Assembly: GCA_964016885.1 (NCBI GenBank)
Contig: OZ024741.1
Location: 385,950,001-386,014,000 of the forward strand
Length of the DNA stretch: 64,000 nucleotides
Direction of reading: 5' to 3'
From: Eledone cirrhosa
Taxonomy: Eukaryota
The position numbers and the translations under genes were made by a program. Position 1 is the stretch's first letter. The number at the start of each line of letters is the position of its first letter. Of the stretch, positions 1-12,600 are shown in pieces. The notes beneath the pieces are model-generated. The model did not search any database and was not told the origin of the DNA. It saw only the letters and a list, made by a program, of their open reading frames with translations.

Positions 1-1991
1 AGCTTTCACATGAGAATGAGAGGGCAAGGAAAGAGAACAGGGCCATAGAAAACATTAAAACAAACCCTAAGGCCTTCTTTAAATTTGCAAAAGAAACTGC
101 CTCAGTACACTGCAAGATTGGACCACTCTTCCACACGGACGGTTCATTAACCGAAAATCCCCAAGAGATATGTGAAATACTGAACGAACAGTACAAAAGT
201 GTCTTCACATGTCCACTGAGGCACATGCAAATAACGAAGCCAGAGGAGTTCTTTGATGCCACAACACTACATCAAGAAATGGCAACCATCAACCACATAG
301 ACATAACGGAGGAGGATGTGGTGTACGCCATTGATGAAATTAGAACAGACTCGGCTGCTGGACCTGATGGATTCCCAGCAGTTCTCCTAAAAATATGTAA
401 GCGGGCCTTAGCAACTCCACTGAAGATGCTCTTCAGAAGCTCCTTGGCTAGCGGTGTACTACCCAGGGAGCTGAAAGAAGGCACAATATGCCCTATCCAT
501 AAAGGAGGTAGTAGAGCGGAGGCCAAGAACTATAGGCCAGTCTCCCTGACGTCGCATATCAGTAAGGTCATGGAGCGAGTCGTCAGAAAGAAACTAATCA
601 CTTTCCTCGAAGAAAATGACCGCCTGACTAGCACGCAACATGGCTTCCGCCCAGGAAGAAGCTGCCTTACACAGCTGCTACATCACTACGACTGGGTACT
701 GAGACAACTACTAGACAGCTCACATGTAGACGTGATATATCTGGACTTTGCGAAGGCCTTTGACAAGGTCGACCACGGAATGATATGTCACAAACTACAC
801 GGACTCGGCATAACTGGAAAAGTAGGTGAGTGGCTGCATGGCTTCCTAAGGGACAGAAGCCAGGCAGTCGCAGCAAATGGGGCCCTCTCGAGGGAAACAC
901 CGATAACAAGTGGGGTGCCTCAGGGGACAGTCCTGGGACCACTACTGTTTTTGGTGGCTCTCTCGGACATGCCCTCTGTGGTGCATGCAACAACATCCCT
1001 CACTAGCTATGCTGATGACACTAAGGTAGCACAGGCAATCAAAAACCCGGCTGACGCTGCCCTCTTACAGCAGGATCTGGATGCCATATACAGATGGGCG
1101 GAAGAAAACAACATGCAGTTTAATGCTGGCAAATTCCAAGCCCTACAATACAAACCTGCAAACACAAACACAAATATAGCAGAACACAGCTACACAGGAC
1201 CAGGAGGGACCGATATCCCCGTGTCAAAATCGATACGAGACCTGGGCATAGACATGAGCGATGATGCATCTTTTTCTTCACACATCATGAAGGTGGCGAC
1301 AGCATGTAGACGATTCGCTGGCTGGATCTTGAAGACTTTCCTTCCAAGAGATCGAGACACCATGTTGACACTGTGGAGGACTTTTGTCCTAAGCCGCCTG
1401 GACTACTGCTCCCAGCTGTGGTCACCCCATAGTGTCAAACTAACCACAGAGCTTGAGGCAATCCAGCGAAGCTACACCAAGAGGATTGCCAAGATGAGGG
1501 AGACAAGCTACTGGGAGAGGCTGAAGGAACTGAACCTCTACTCCTTGGAGCGAAGACGGGAGAGATACGCAGTGATCTACATGGGGAAAATCCTGGAGGG
1601 ACTAGCACCAAACTTTGGCATTGGGAGCTGGACCAACCGTCGAACAGGACGTCACTGTGTGGTGCCAAAGGTCCCGTCTTCCACATCTAGAATAAGGAGC
1701 AGGTATTGCAATAGCCTGGGATTCAAGGGCACTCAACTCTTCAACAGGCTGCCGAGGCATCTGCGAGAGTTGCATGACGTGGAGGTGGATGTCTTTAAGA
1801 AACATCTCGATACCTTGTTATCCAGGATCCCGGATGAGCCCACAGCAAGACACGAGGGAAACCTAAGGGCAGCAGCAACAAACTCCCTCCTACACCAGTG
1901 GCCAACCTATACAGGCTGGAGATAAAATGTGTAGCAACAAGGGCGGTGCCCCAGCATGGCCTCAGCCGGATGGCTGAAACAGGTAAAAGAA
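1..1991 (+). mobile_element. CR1-clade LINE, 3' part (uninterrupted RT ORF open from base 3 to the stop at 1925, plus short 3' UTR)
   Basis: The frame reads NPKAFFKF...NYRPVSLTS...QHGFRPGRSC...YLDFAKAFDKVDH...GVPQGTVLGP...YADD...RDLGI...LYSLERRRER, typical of CR1 ORF2. The 3' UTR has the hairpin TCAGCC-GGAT-GGCTGA (1962-1977), followed by (TA)n. Confidence 0.92.
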
Positions 1992-3323
1992 TATATATAT
2001 ATATATATATACTTATATATATATATATATATATATATACTTATATATATATATATATATATATATACTTATATATATATATATATATATACTTATATAT
2101 ATATATATACTTATATAAATTGAAACAAAATGAAAACGAAATTTCATTTCTCACTCTTAGTATGGCACTTACTTAAATGTAAGTATGCATGTATACGTAC
2201 ATACATATATGTATACAGACGTACAGTAGCATGCACATATATATATATATATACATATATACATACATATGCATACAGGTACACATACATATATGCACGT
2301 ATCAGTTTAGCGGCGCTAACGTCGCTTTGTTCGTTTGTAAACAAACTGAACAGCCTGAATTTATGCCATACGGTGTTAAGGCAACCACGTCACCTTTTTG
2401 TTCAACACTGACACAGGAACGATGTACTAGTTTCAAGCTTGTTAGCTATCATCAGCACCGTTTACCCATCTGCCAGATAGTTGAACGTTCGAAAGTATAT
2501 ACTTTCCTTATGAAAATTAACGGCTGAGTAGCCTAATTTGCATATTGAGTGAGTTAAATCGGTCAGGCATACCGAAAACGATAAATTGAAACAAAATGAA
2601 AACGAAATTTCATTTCTCACTCTTAGTATGGCACTTACTTAAATGTAAGTATGCATGTATACGTACATACATATATGTATACAGACGTACAGTAGCATGC
2701 ACATATATATATATATATACATATATACATACATATGCATACAGGTACACATACATATATGCATATGTGCATGCTACTGTACGTCTGTATACATATATGT
2801 ATGTACGTATACATGCATACTTACATTTAAGTAAGTGCCATACTAAGAGTGAGAAATGAAATTTCGTTTTCATTTTGTTTCAATTTATCGTTTTCGGTAT
2901 GCCTGACCGACTTAACTCACTCAATATGCAAATTAGGCTGCTCAGCCGTTAATTTTCATAAGGAAAGTATATACTTTCGAACGTTCAACTATCTGGCAGA
3001 TGGGTAAACGGTGCTGATGATAGCTAACAAGCTTGAAACTAGTACATCGTTCCTGTGTCAGTGTTGAACAAAAAGGTGACGTGGTTGCCTTAACACCGTA
3101 TGGCATAAATTCAGGCTGTTCAGTTTGTTTACAAACGAACAAAGCGACGTTAGCGCCGCTAAACTGATACGTGCATATATGTATGTGTACCTGTATGCAT
3201 ATGTATGTATATATGTATATATATATATATATGTGCATGCTACTGTACGTCTGTATACATATATGTATGTACGTATACATGCATACCTATACTTATATAT
3301 ATATATATATATATACTTATATA

Positions 3324-3365
<42 letters not shown>

Positions 3366-3515
3366 CTTATATATATTAGCCGTCGAAACGGCTTGAGCTC
3401 AGCTGTCGGGGTCTTACTGGTTCCTATTATACTTATATATATATATATATACTTATATATATATATATATTTACTTATATATATATATATATACTTATAT
3501 ATATATATATATATA

Positions 3516-3559
<44 letters not shown>

Positions 3560-3642
3560 TATATATAAGTATATATATATATATATACTTATATATATAT
3601 ATATATATAAGTATATATATATATATATATATATAAGTATAT

Positions 3643-3673
<31 letters not shown>

Positions 3674-4110
3674 AGTATATATATATATATATAAATATAT
3701 ATATATATAAGTATATATATATATGGGGAGGAGGTTATAGTTCACTTGAAGCATTGTGTAATGAGGTATAAACGTTAGAATATGTGTAATAAGGCCAAGA
3801 CATATATATAAGTATATATATATATATAAGTATATATATATATATATAAGTATATATATATATATATAAAAGTATATATATATATATAAGTATATATATA
3901 TATATATAAGTATATATATATATATATAAGTATATATATATATATATATAAGTATATATATATATATATAAGTATATATATATATATATAAGTATATATA
4001 TATATATATAAGTATATATATATATATATATAAGTATATATATATATATATATATATAAGTATATATATATATATATATATATATAAGTATATATATATA
4101 TATATAAGTA
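1992..4110. repeat. Interrupted (TA)n microsatellite blocks (TATATACT / AGTATATA) around a 466-bp unit
   Basis: Direct reading; the orientation of the CT/AG interruptions flips at about 3545. Confidence 0.9.
2183..3286. repeat. Large inverted repeat (~524-bp arms 2183-2706 and 2763-3286) of a 466-bp tandem unit
   Basis: Mirror ORFs 2189..2527(+)/2942..3280(-) and 2596..2859(+)/2610..2873(-) share the coordinate sum 5469. The tandem period is 466 (2130 vs 2596). I see two mismatches between the arms. Confidence 0.93.
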
Positions 4111-4301
4111 TAAGTATGCATGTATACGTACATACATATATGTATACAGACGTACAGTAGCACGCACATATATATATATATATACATATATATATACATA
4201 TGCATACAGGTACACATACATATATGCACGTATCAGTTTAGCGGCGCTTATTATAACGTCGCTTTGTTCGTTTGTAAACAAACTGAACAGCCTGAATTTA
4301 A

Positions 4302-5477
4302 TATAGGGTCTACTTGGGGTAGGGTCTCTTCTTCCCATGCATTCTCCTCATTTAGTAATCTATCATAATGACTCTTCCATGCATCTTTCTTCTCAGCACT
4401 TGTGAGAGCAAGCTCACCTTTATCATTCTGGATACACTTCTCTCCAATGACATCACAATTCTCTCTGACACACTGCCTCGCAATCTTGAACACCTGTTTC
4501 TGGTCCTCACGTTGCAAAACATGCTTGAATTTTCTATCCTCTGCTTCCCTCCTAGCTAAGTATACTTGTCGCCTAGCTTCCCTCTTGGTCTCTATGTAAT
4601 GTACCCTGCTCCCCCTGTTCTTCCATTCTTTCCATGCCTGTCTCTTGGCCTTAACTGCCTCATCTACCTTATTGTTCCACCACCAAGTCACTCTCCTCCT
4701 GCTTGTGGTCTTACTCCAGCCACAGACCTCATCCGTCGCCTCTAGTAAGTTATTTTTTAGGAACACCCAGTTCTCTTCTACATTGTATATCTCTATCTGT
4801 TCTTCTTTACTGTCGTAGGCGTTGAGTAAAATATCTTTAAATCTGTTACTGGTTGAGGGGTCTTTCAGCTTCCAGATCTTTCTTCTCCAGGTTGGCCTCT
4901 GTTTCCAGGTTCGTCTAGTTCTGACTGTGAGGTCGCTGACAACTAAGCTATGTTGGGATGTACATTCCTCACTAGGGAAGGCTTTTGTGTTTACGACCGT
5001 CCATCTGTCACGTCCTCTGATGAGGTTAAAATCTATCTGACTAGAATGCTCCCCTGATCTATAGGTGATCAGGTGGTTGTCGGGTTTTTTGAAGTTTGTG
5101 TTACATATCGACATGTCATTGGTGTCGCAGAATTCTATAAATCTGAATCCTTCCTCATTTCTTGTATCAACCCCATGGCCTCCATGGACTCTATTGAAGC
5201 CGTCGCAGTGTTTACCTACGTGTCCGTTAAAATCTCCTGCGATGCCCCCGTTCTTCCATTCTTTCCATGCCTGTCTCTTGGCCTTAACTGCCTCATCTAC
5301 CTTATTGTTCCACCACCAAGTCATTCTCCTCCTGCTTGTGGTCTTACTCCAGCCACAGACCTCATCCGTCGCCTCTAGTAAGTTATTTTTTAGGAACTCC
5401 CAGTTCTCTTCTACATTGAATGTCTCTATCTGTTCTTCTTTACTGTCGTAGGCGTTGAGTAAAATATCTTTAAATCT
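4302..5477 (-). mobile_element. RTE LINE internal fragment (endonuclease C-terminus/linker) with an internal duplication
   Basis: ORF 4251..5324 reads GDFNGHVG...SQIDF...TWWWNNKV and is nearly identical to the RTE at 41-42.5 kb. 5244-5477 repeats 4611-4845. Confidence 0.9.
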
Positions 5478-6485
5478 GATATGTATATATGTGTATATAT
5501 ATGTAAAAATAATGTTTTCGCTCTACATGGCTGAATACAATAAATGTAATTTGAGTTTTTCGAATATTAATAATAATATTCGATTCATTTGCAATTATTC
5601 AAACAACCTCTTTTTTAAAGCCATATCAGTAGAATGAGCCCCTCATTCTTACTCTTGTGTTGGCATGTAAACAGAACTGCAGACACTAATGTTTCTGGAT
5701 GATTACCCTTCATTAGTACAGTTCACTGTTCACTTGCCAACTGTCAGAGTTGTTGAAAAAAAATAAAAATATTTAGCATAGGTTGGATAGATTGTCAAGT
5801 TCTGAGACTAGGCAGGTAGGATGACTACCTCTTGCTCATATATTCCATTTTGGCATGGTTTCTACAGCTAGATGCCCTTCCTAATGCCAAACACTTTACA
5901 CATGCGTTTTATCATGCCACTAGCACTACCACGTTACGAAGTGAGATGTGGGGTTTTATTGTGGTACCAGCACTACCATTTTCAAAGCGCTCTCCTCATG
6001 CATCTTCACTATTACCCTTTGTTGATACACATAATCAGTTCATAATTTCTTTCCCCTTTCTTTTATATATTTAGCTATTGATGATGAATGATGATGATAT
6101 ATACATAGCTTAATACTTTGATTGTTGTATTTATAATAAAAGACACTGCCTATGATTTTTGAATAATTACGATGAAAGATTTTTAGATGAATTTAAAAAA
6201 TAATTAATTTTGTATTATAGAATTAATGGCAGCTTCAGGGGTGTTTGTGTCAAAAAGGTTAAATAAATAAATAACTACAAACACTTGCAGTGATTTCAAT
6301 CTGGAAACCAGGTGTTTGCAGTTTATCACTTAATCCTTTTGCTACTGTATTTCTAATAAAAGGAAACTGCCTGTGATTTTCCATTACTTTTGAAAATAAT
6401 CAAGAATTTTGAGGGATTTAGTAAAATAACTATCTCATTTATCTGGTTTTAGGAACACAACTTAACAAAGGTTATTGCATAAAAT

Positions 6486-6640
6486 TCTTCTTCTTCTTCT
6501 TCTAGTAGGCCCTGTCAGAACATCCATCTTCAATTGATCTGGCTGGATCCCCAAGTGGGACTAGTTGAACTCATGAATGTTATCCACCCATCTTACTCAG
6601 GGTCTACTCCTGGGTCTACTCCTGGTTGGTGAAACCTTTA
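6486..6640 (-). mobile_element. RTE 3'-end fragment with (TTC)n tail
   Basis: A (TTC)n run is followed by minus-strand GRPR-like coding remnants; similar to 8310-8640. Confidence 0.5.
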
Positions 6641-7156
6641 AAGAAACAGATTTGTATTACAGAACCAGAGGTGGATTCAGATAGTTTGATATAAAATATT
6701 AATGAAATAAAAAACAAAGCAAAAAAATGTGCAGTTAATGCTCTCTCTAAACAGTTACAGTGCACAGCCAAGCCGTCACTGTATTGGTGTTGTGCGCATC
6801 AAAATGTTGCTACACAGTAGCTTTGAAATGTTGCTGTACAATAACTTTGAATTGAAAATGTTTTTTGCTCAAAACATCAGTGGGTGGTGATGTTGGTGCA
6901 GTGAATTTCAGCCCATAAACTAACTGTTTGTAGTCTAATATCTTAATCACTCAGCAAGTTTCACCTTTCTGCACATTCATGAAATAATAGAAGGGAACTA
7001 AACTAATTGATTGCTTTTATTTTTTGTTTTCTTTTCTGCCTACAAAGCTTTTCCTCCCCCATCTCATGTGATAAATCAGGAAACTAGGATAAACTAATCC
7101 CAAACTAGATCTACTCCTACTACTACTACTGTCTCTCTATGTCATGTCTATCACAG

Positions 7157-7315
7157 CTGGGAGCACCGATGGAACTACCAAAGCGTCTCCACCTCATTGT
7201 TGATGTATCTGGCAGCATGTATCGCTTCAATGGTCACGATCGTCGACTTGAGAGAGAAATGAGTGCAGTGTTGATGGTAATGGAAGCCTTTGAAGGCTAT
7301 GACACCAAACTGAAG
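7157..7315 (+). CDS. VWA8: von Willebrand factor A domain-containing protein 8, exon (start of VWA domain)
   Basis: cacag|CTG...AAG|gtaag. Encodes LGAPMELPKRLHLIVDVSGSMYRFNGHDRRLEREMSAVLMVMEAFEGYDTKLK, with the MIDAS DxSxS motif, and matches the VWA8 C-terminus as I recall it. 159 nt, phase 0/0. Confidence 0.95.
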
Positions 7316-7535
7316 GTAAGATTTGCTGGCTTTTTTCTTTCTTTCTTTCTTTCTATCAGTTCATTGTAATGCCAGCGGATCATTTGTGAAGCAAAACAAC
7401 ATGCCATCTTGTCCCTCATTAAAAATTAATACACACTATGTACATATACATATATGAACACAGACACATAATCATCAGCATCATTGTTTTAACATCTGTA
7501 TTCCCTGCTAGCAAACACACACACACATATATATG

Positions 7536-7577
<42 letters not shown>

Positions 7578-7624
7578 AACATATATATAGTTGCTAGAGA
7601 GTAAATGAGTGGATGTATGCTGTA

Positions 7625-8230
7625 TATAAGATGCAAAATAGAGGGCTGTCTCAGTGAAACTACTCAACGGCAAACAACATAGTTACAATCTTTTCTAGGT
7701 AGAAAATGTGTTATTTGGGGTAGGTATCGTACTAGCTGAGAAATGGATAGATAAGCTGATAGATGTAGTTAGAGTAAATGACAGAATTATCAAACTTAGA
7801 ATAGCTGTAGGAAATAGAATGGTGACAATGACATCTACCTATGCACCACAAACTGGACTAAGTAAAGAACAAAAGAAGTTTTATGAGGAACTTTTACAGA
7901 CAACCTCAGTTACTGATGACCGAGACTTCCTCATCTTGGCAGGTAACTTCAATGGACATGTTGGGCAGTACCAGGATGGATTCACTGAAGTACATGCTGG
8001 ATATGGTGATGGCTTGAGATATGAAGAGGGAATGAGGCTCCTAGAATACTGTGATCCAAATATACTATTTGCAACACAAATTTCAGGAAACCAGTCAGCC
8101 ACCTGATCACTTACCAATCAGGTGAACACACAAGTCAGATTGATTTCTTACATGTAAAACAAAATAGACAGACTATTATAAATGCCAAAATCTTCTCCAG
8201 AGAAAAGTGTGCTGCCCAACACGTTACCAT
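7625..8230 (+). mobile_element. Degraded RTE endonuclease fragment
   Basis: GVGIVLAEKW...YAPQTGL...AGNFNGHVG in ORF 7708..8106. Confidence 0.85.
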
Positions 8231-8309
8231 ATATTTTCGTATACACGCTGAGAAATATGTGACAAAAAAAAAATTGATGGTTGAATGAGGGAGGGGGTTG
8301 GATTTGGTT

Positions 8310-8640
8310 ATCTTCTTCTTTTTCTTCTTCTTCTTCTTCTCCTCCTCCTCCTTATTTCTGAGAGGGTCATGGGGAAAGAGTCCTCAAACACTCCTTCCAC
8401 AAGGTCCTTTCAGAAGCAACCATCTCCAATTGATCTGGCTAGATCCCCAAGCAAGACCAACCAAGCTCATGGATGTTATCCAACCATCTTGTCTGGTGTC
8501 TATGCCTGGGTCTCCTGCCTGTTGGTTTTGTCCATAAAATCTGTCCAGCGATTCTTTCCTGGAATATTCTAATCACATATCCATAGTATCAGAACTATTT
8601 TTCTCACAATCCAGAGAAGTAGCAGCTCTACCTTGAACGG
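8310..8640 (-). mobile_element. RTE 3' fragment with (TTC)n tail
   Basis: Microsatellite tail plus minus-strand coding remnants of the RTE C-terminus. Confidence 0.55.
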
Positions 8641-8699
8641 TTTATATTCAAGATAAACTTCAAATCAAGGAGTTGTGAAAAAAATACTATATTCTAAAC

Positions 8700-9156
8700 C
8701 AGGGGTGTGCAACATATTCCACTGGCAGGCCATTTTTGAACATTGGAACAACTATTAGGGCCATTAATATTTATTAAGCACTATTCCAAAGATTCTCACC
8801 AACCATACACATGCACACATGTGTATCATGACTCAAACACTATTCACTTCCCTGACATTTGTACATTATTCTATGTACTGTATGTGCACCTTTGATGAGT
8901 TGTAGTGCACCTAAGCACTGTACACAATAATTTCATTATTATTATTATTATAACATGGAACTGGGAAATTATAACACACATAACCCTGTTAATGAAGCCC
9001 TCTAGTTTAGGTCAAATAACAGAAAATTGTATTACGGTTATGAAAAAAATTCTAAATAAGCCTACAAGGTAAACATTAAAAACGGTCATTGTGGGCCACT
9101 CTGACTGGTCTGGCGGGCCGGATTGTGGCCCGCGGCCCGCCTGTTGCATGCCCTTG
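8700..9156. mobile_element. hAT (Charlie-like) MITE
   Basis: TIRs CAGGGGTGTGCAAC / GTTGCATGCCCTTG. Perfect 8-bp TSD TTCTAAAC at 8692-8699 and 9157-9164. Subterminal GGCCCGCGG motifs. Confidence 0.88.
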
Positions 9157-9259
9157 TTCTAAACAATATTTAAAACATTTTAAATATCAAAATATTAAAA
9201 CTTCATAAATATATTTATAAATATATTCTCCACTCATGAGAATGTGTTGATTGGCTGCG

Positions 9260-9600
9260 TTGCCTTATATGCAGGGTTGGGAGTTTTGTTCATTTCTCAG
9301 ACATAAAATAAGGAGTTGGCTTGTATTTGGATTGGCTTACATTTGAGTATATACGGTGTCAGATGATGCCCGTGAGGGTGCGTGGTTATTTCAGCACCTT
9401 AGCCTCACCATCACCCGTGGTAATGCTGCGAGCGTGTTGGCTTGCCTGAAAGGGTACAGTTAACCCCCAAGGTGTGAAGTGTTGCTGATTGTTGCACTAG
9501 GTGGTGAATTCCCCCTTCTTTTTCCTTCTTTTTTCTTTCCTTTATCATTTTTGTTCATGATTTTATAGTTTTGTGTCATTATAGATGGTTTTAATAAAGT
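9260..9600 (+). mobile_element. 3' fragment of a CRE-clade (restriction-like endonuclease) non-LTR retrotransposon
   Basis: 9362-9463 encodes DDAREGAWLFQHLSLTITRGNAASVLACLKGYS*, resembling the CRE C-terminal FQRLSxAIQRGNA motif. AATAAA follows at ~9593. Confidence 0.6.
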
Positions 9601-9619
9601 TTTTAGAGAGTTATTAATG

Positions 9620-11640
9620 ACATCGGAATAAACACAAGAAAATATGGAGACAGAAGGTTTGGAAGCTAAAAGACTTTTCTGTGAAATATAGGTTTAGAAA
9701 GGCTTTATGGGGTGCATTTGATGAGTGGGGAGATGTGTTAGATATGTATGACATAGAGTACAATTGGAAATTCTTACGTTCAACCAACTGTCAACTGGAG
9801 CAATGCACCAATCAGACAGTGGGTGATCTGGCGGTGGAACAGTACAGTGGATAGAACTGTTAAAGCCAAGAGGCAGTGTGTCTGTAAATTTTTGGGGAAA
9901 AGTGTGTTTAAAAGGAGACTTTCAAAAGAAAGAAGCCTGGAAATGTTACTTTGAGAAGCTGATGAATATGGAAAATGAGTGGGAGGAAGAAAGACTGCCC
10001 CCAGCTGACCCAGCAGAATGACGAACTATTTAAATCGACAGTTATAGGGTCAAAGAATCAATTAAGGAGATGAACGCTAAAGTTGTGGAGCCATCAGAGA
10101 TCGTCACCGAGATGCTAAAAGCATCAGGAAAGAGGATGGAAGTAGGAGTTGAACTAGTCGCCCACATAGTCAATCAGGTAATACAGGATGACTGGTGAAG
10201 CAGTACAATTGTAAATTACTACAAAGGAAAAGGTGATGCCCTAAAAAAGAACAATTACAGAGGAATATGTTATTAGGGGAGGAGTTAAATTACACAAGAT
10301 GTGGTTTGGTTTTGTGCCTGGGAGAAGTACTACATATACCCTTTTCCTAGTGAGGCAACTACAAGAGAAGTTCTTAGTCAAGAACAAGACACTATATTCA
10401 GAGTAGCTCAACCTGTCATCTGGTGGTCCCTAAGGAAATTAGGTATAGAAGAATGGCTTGTGAGAGTAGTACAAATTATTTACATAGGAGCTGTCAGTAA
10501 AATGAAAGTAGGAAAAGAGTTTAGTGAGGAATTCATGTTACAGGTAAGAGTTTATCAGGGTTCTGTTCTCAGCCCACTTTTCTCCAGGCCATAACAGAGG
10601 GGTTTAAGATTGGTTGTCCATGGGAACTTCTTTATGCAGATGATCTGGTTCTTCAACTTAATCCGTTGAAGAACTAGAGATAGGTTCTGACTGTGGAAAC
10701 AGAATTTACAATCGAAAGGGCTGAGAATAACTTTAGCAAAAACTAGTGTTACTAAGTAGGAAAAAAGACAGAACTCTGATCTTATCAGGGAAATGGCTCT
10801 GTTCAATGTTGGGTACACAAGAGGTGTAGTGGGATAGGTAGACTGACAGAAAGGGAAGACTTTGTATGTAATAGATGCTCAGGAGTAATTAATAGTAAGT
10901 ATGTCAGTGATATAAATTCCAATCACATGAAGGACCCATAGAAATGGTTGATAGCTTCTGCTATCTAGGTGACATAATTAACTGTGGAATAGTGTGCTCG
11001 AAGAGCATATAGTGAGAATATAGATAGGATGGAAGAACTTTAGGGAGCTACTCCTGTTGACAACAAAAGGTTTCTGCTTAAAAATGAAAGGCTAGCTGTA
11101 TGATGCCAGTGTGTGGAGTGTGATGTTGCATGCTAGTGAAACATGGGCAGTGACTGCAGAGGATATGCATAGGCTGGGGAGAAATGAAATAACCATGCTT
11201 GATTGGATGTGCAATGTAAAAGTGAGAGACCGGCAGAATTGCAGGAATCAGAAAATGTGCAACAGAGAAGACTGCGTTGGTATGGACATGTGATGTACAT
11301 GGATGATGATCACTGGGTGAAGTGTCAGGAAATCACTTCTTTCCTATTTACTAGCACTTTAGTTTGTATATATATATATATATATATAAATATTTTTGAG
11401 CTTTTGTATATGTATGTATATGTGATGTGCATGGATGATTGCTGGGTGAAGAAGTGCCAAGTAATTCCAGTGGAAGAAAGCTGCAGTAGAGGAAGACCAA
11501 GATGGAAATGATAAGATCTAATCTCAGATTGCTAAAGCTCATGGAGGAGATGACAAAGGAATGTGAAAAATAGAGAGATGTACTGAGAAGGACCCATCCA
11601 ACTCATGCAAGCATGGAACAATGAATGTAAAATGATGCTG
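9620..11640 (+). mobile_element. Highly degraded RTE LINE (PHD-insert family)
   Basis: IWWSLRKLGIEEW, QGSVLSPL, ETWAVTAED and RRLRWYGHV remnants with many stops. Confidence 0.85.
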
Positions 11641-11668
11641 ATAATGTGTGTGTATGTGTGTATAGTGA

Positions 11669-11945
11669 AGGCACACGGCTTAGTGATTAGAGCATTGGGC
11701 TTTCAATGGAAAGGCCGTGAGTTCGATTCTCGGATCGGGTGATGCGTTGTGTCTTTGAGCAAGACACTTTATTTCACATTGTTCCAGTTTACTCAGCTGT
11801 AGTAATGAGTTGTGACGTCACTCAGTATTGGCAATAGCCTTTCCCTTGGACAACATCGGTGGTGTGGAGGGGAGACTGCTGGTCTTCCTCAAACAACCTT
11901 GCCTGGACTTGTGCCTTGGAGGGAAACTTTCTAGGTACAAATCTA
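11669..11945 (+). mobile_element. tRNA-derived SINE with Meta/V-type core
   Basis: A-box GGCTTAGTGATT, B-box GAGTTCGATTCT, core TTGTGTCTTTGAGCAAGACACTT. Confidence 0.8.
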
Positions 11946-12024
11946 CATCTATTATAATGCTCAATATATGTGTTTTTAATAACAAGATTTTTTTAATTGA
12001 TTCTCTTTACTTAACTATTTACAG

Positions 12025-12123
12025 TATGAAATCTATGGTCATTCTGGAGAGAATTATAACACTTCCTTTGTGAAAGCTGATAAACCTCCCCAAAATAACA
12101 AGGAAAGGCTGATTGTCTTAAAG
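12025..12123 (+). CDS. VWA8: VWA8 exon
   Basis: ttacag|TAT...AAG|gtaat. Encodes YEIYGHSGENYNTSFVKADKPPQNNKERLIVLK, in frame between the flanking exons (99 nt). It is not in the ORF track in this frame. Confidence 0.93.
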
Positions 12124-12246
12124 GTAATATCTTAAAACTTTTCATCTCAGAGTTGACTTAAAAAATGTTATTGAACCTTTTTGAGACTGCCTTTGCTTCT
12201 ACAATACAAAACTGTTTATTATTAAGGGTTTATATTTATCTATATT

Positions 12247-12600
12247 GGTCAGGTTAGGCTTCTGCCTGCTGCTGGTATCATGTAAACCCAGTAAAACCTG
12301 CCTCCTGATCGAGTGGTTGGAAACTAAACCAGCTGTGTCCTCCTCCCCCAGACCCTGGTCTGGTGAGGAAGGTAAGTGAATCCCCTGCAGCACAAAACAC
12401 AAAAGCTGCTAAAAGTGCAGATGAATTCCTCAGTCAACTGCCATCCAACTATAGGTTAAATAGTCTCACCAACCCACAATCGGCCAAGTGTGTTGAGTAT
12501 GGCTACACCCTTGAAGACATGACCAAAACCAAACAGAAAGCAGTGGAGGTCAACTAAGAAGGAGTTCCTCCAACAGGAGTGAGAAGGCCCTCAATTGGAT
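12247..12600 (+). mobile_element. Non-coding, bipartite RTE-derived element (RTE 5' UTR plus RTE-like 3' end)
   Basis: The first ~85 nt are homologous to the 5' end of the RTE at 57608-57690(-). The whole element is homologous to 23741-24085. Confidence 0.65.

Noticed and set aside
225-1925. Bacterial retron, group II intron or DGR reverse transcriptase
   Set aside because: The motifs and 3' tail are those of a CR1 LINE, and the window is eukaryotic with spliced exons.
1898-4368. YI-rich ORFs
   Set aside because: These are translations of (TA)n microsatellites and the 466-bp repeat.
5478-7156. An additional upstream VWA8 exon
   Set aside because: I found no spliceable segment encoding the expected preceding sequence; it probably lies upstream of the window.
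11669-11745. tRNA gene-like A/B boxes (also at 21008, 39601, 50329)
   Set aside because: They continue into SINE cores and do not form a full cloverleaf, so they are SINE heads rather than tRNA genes.
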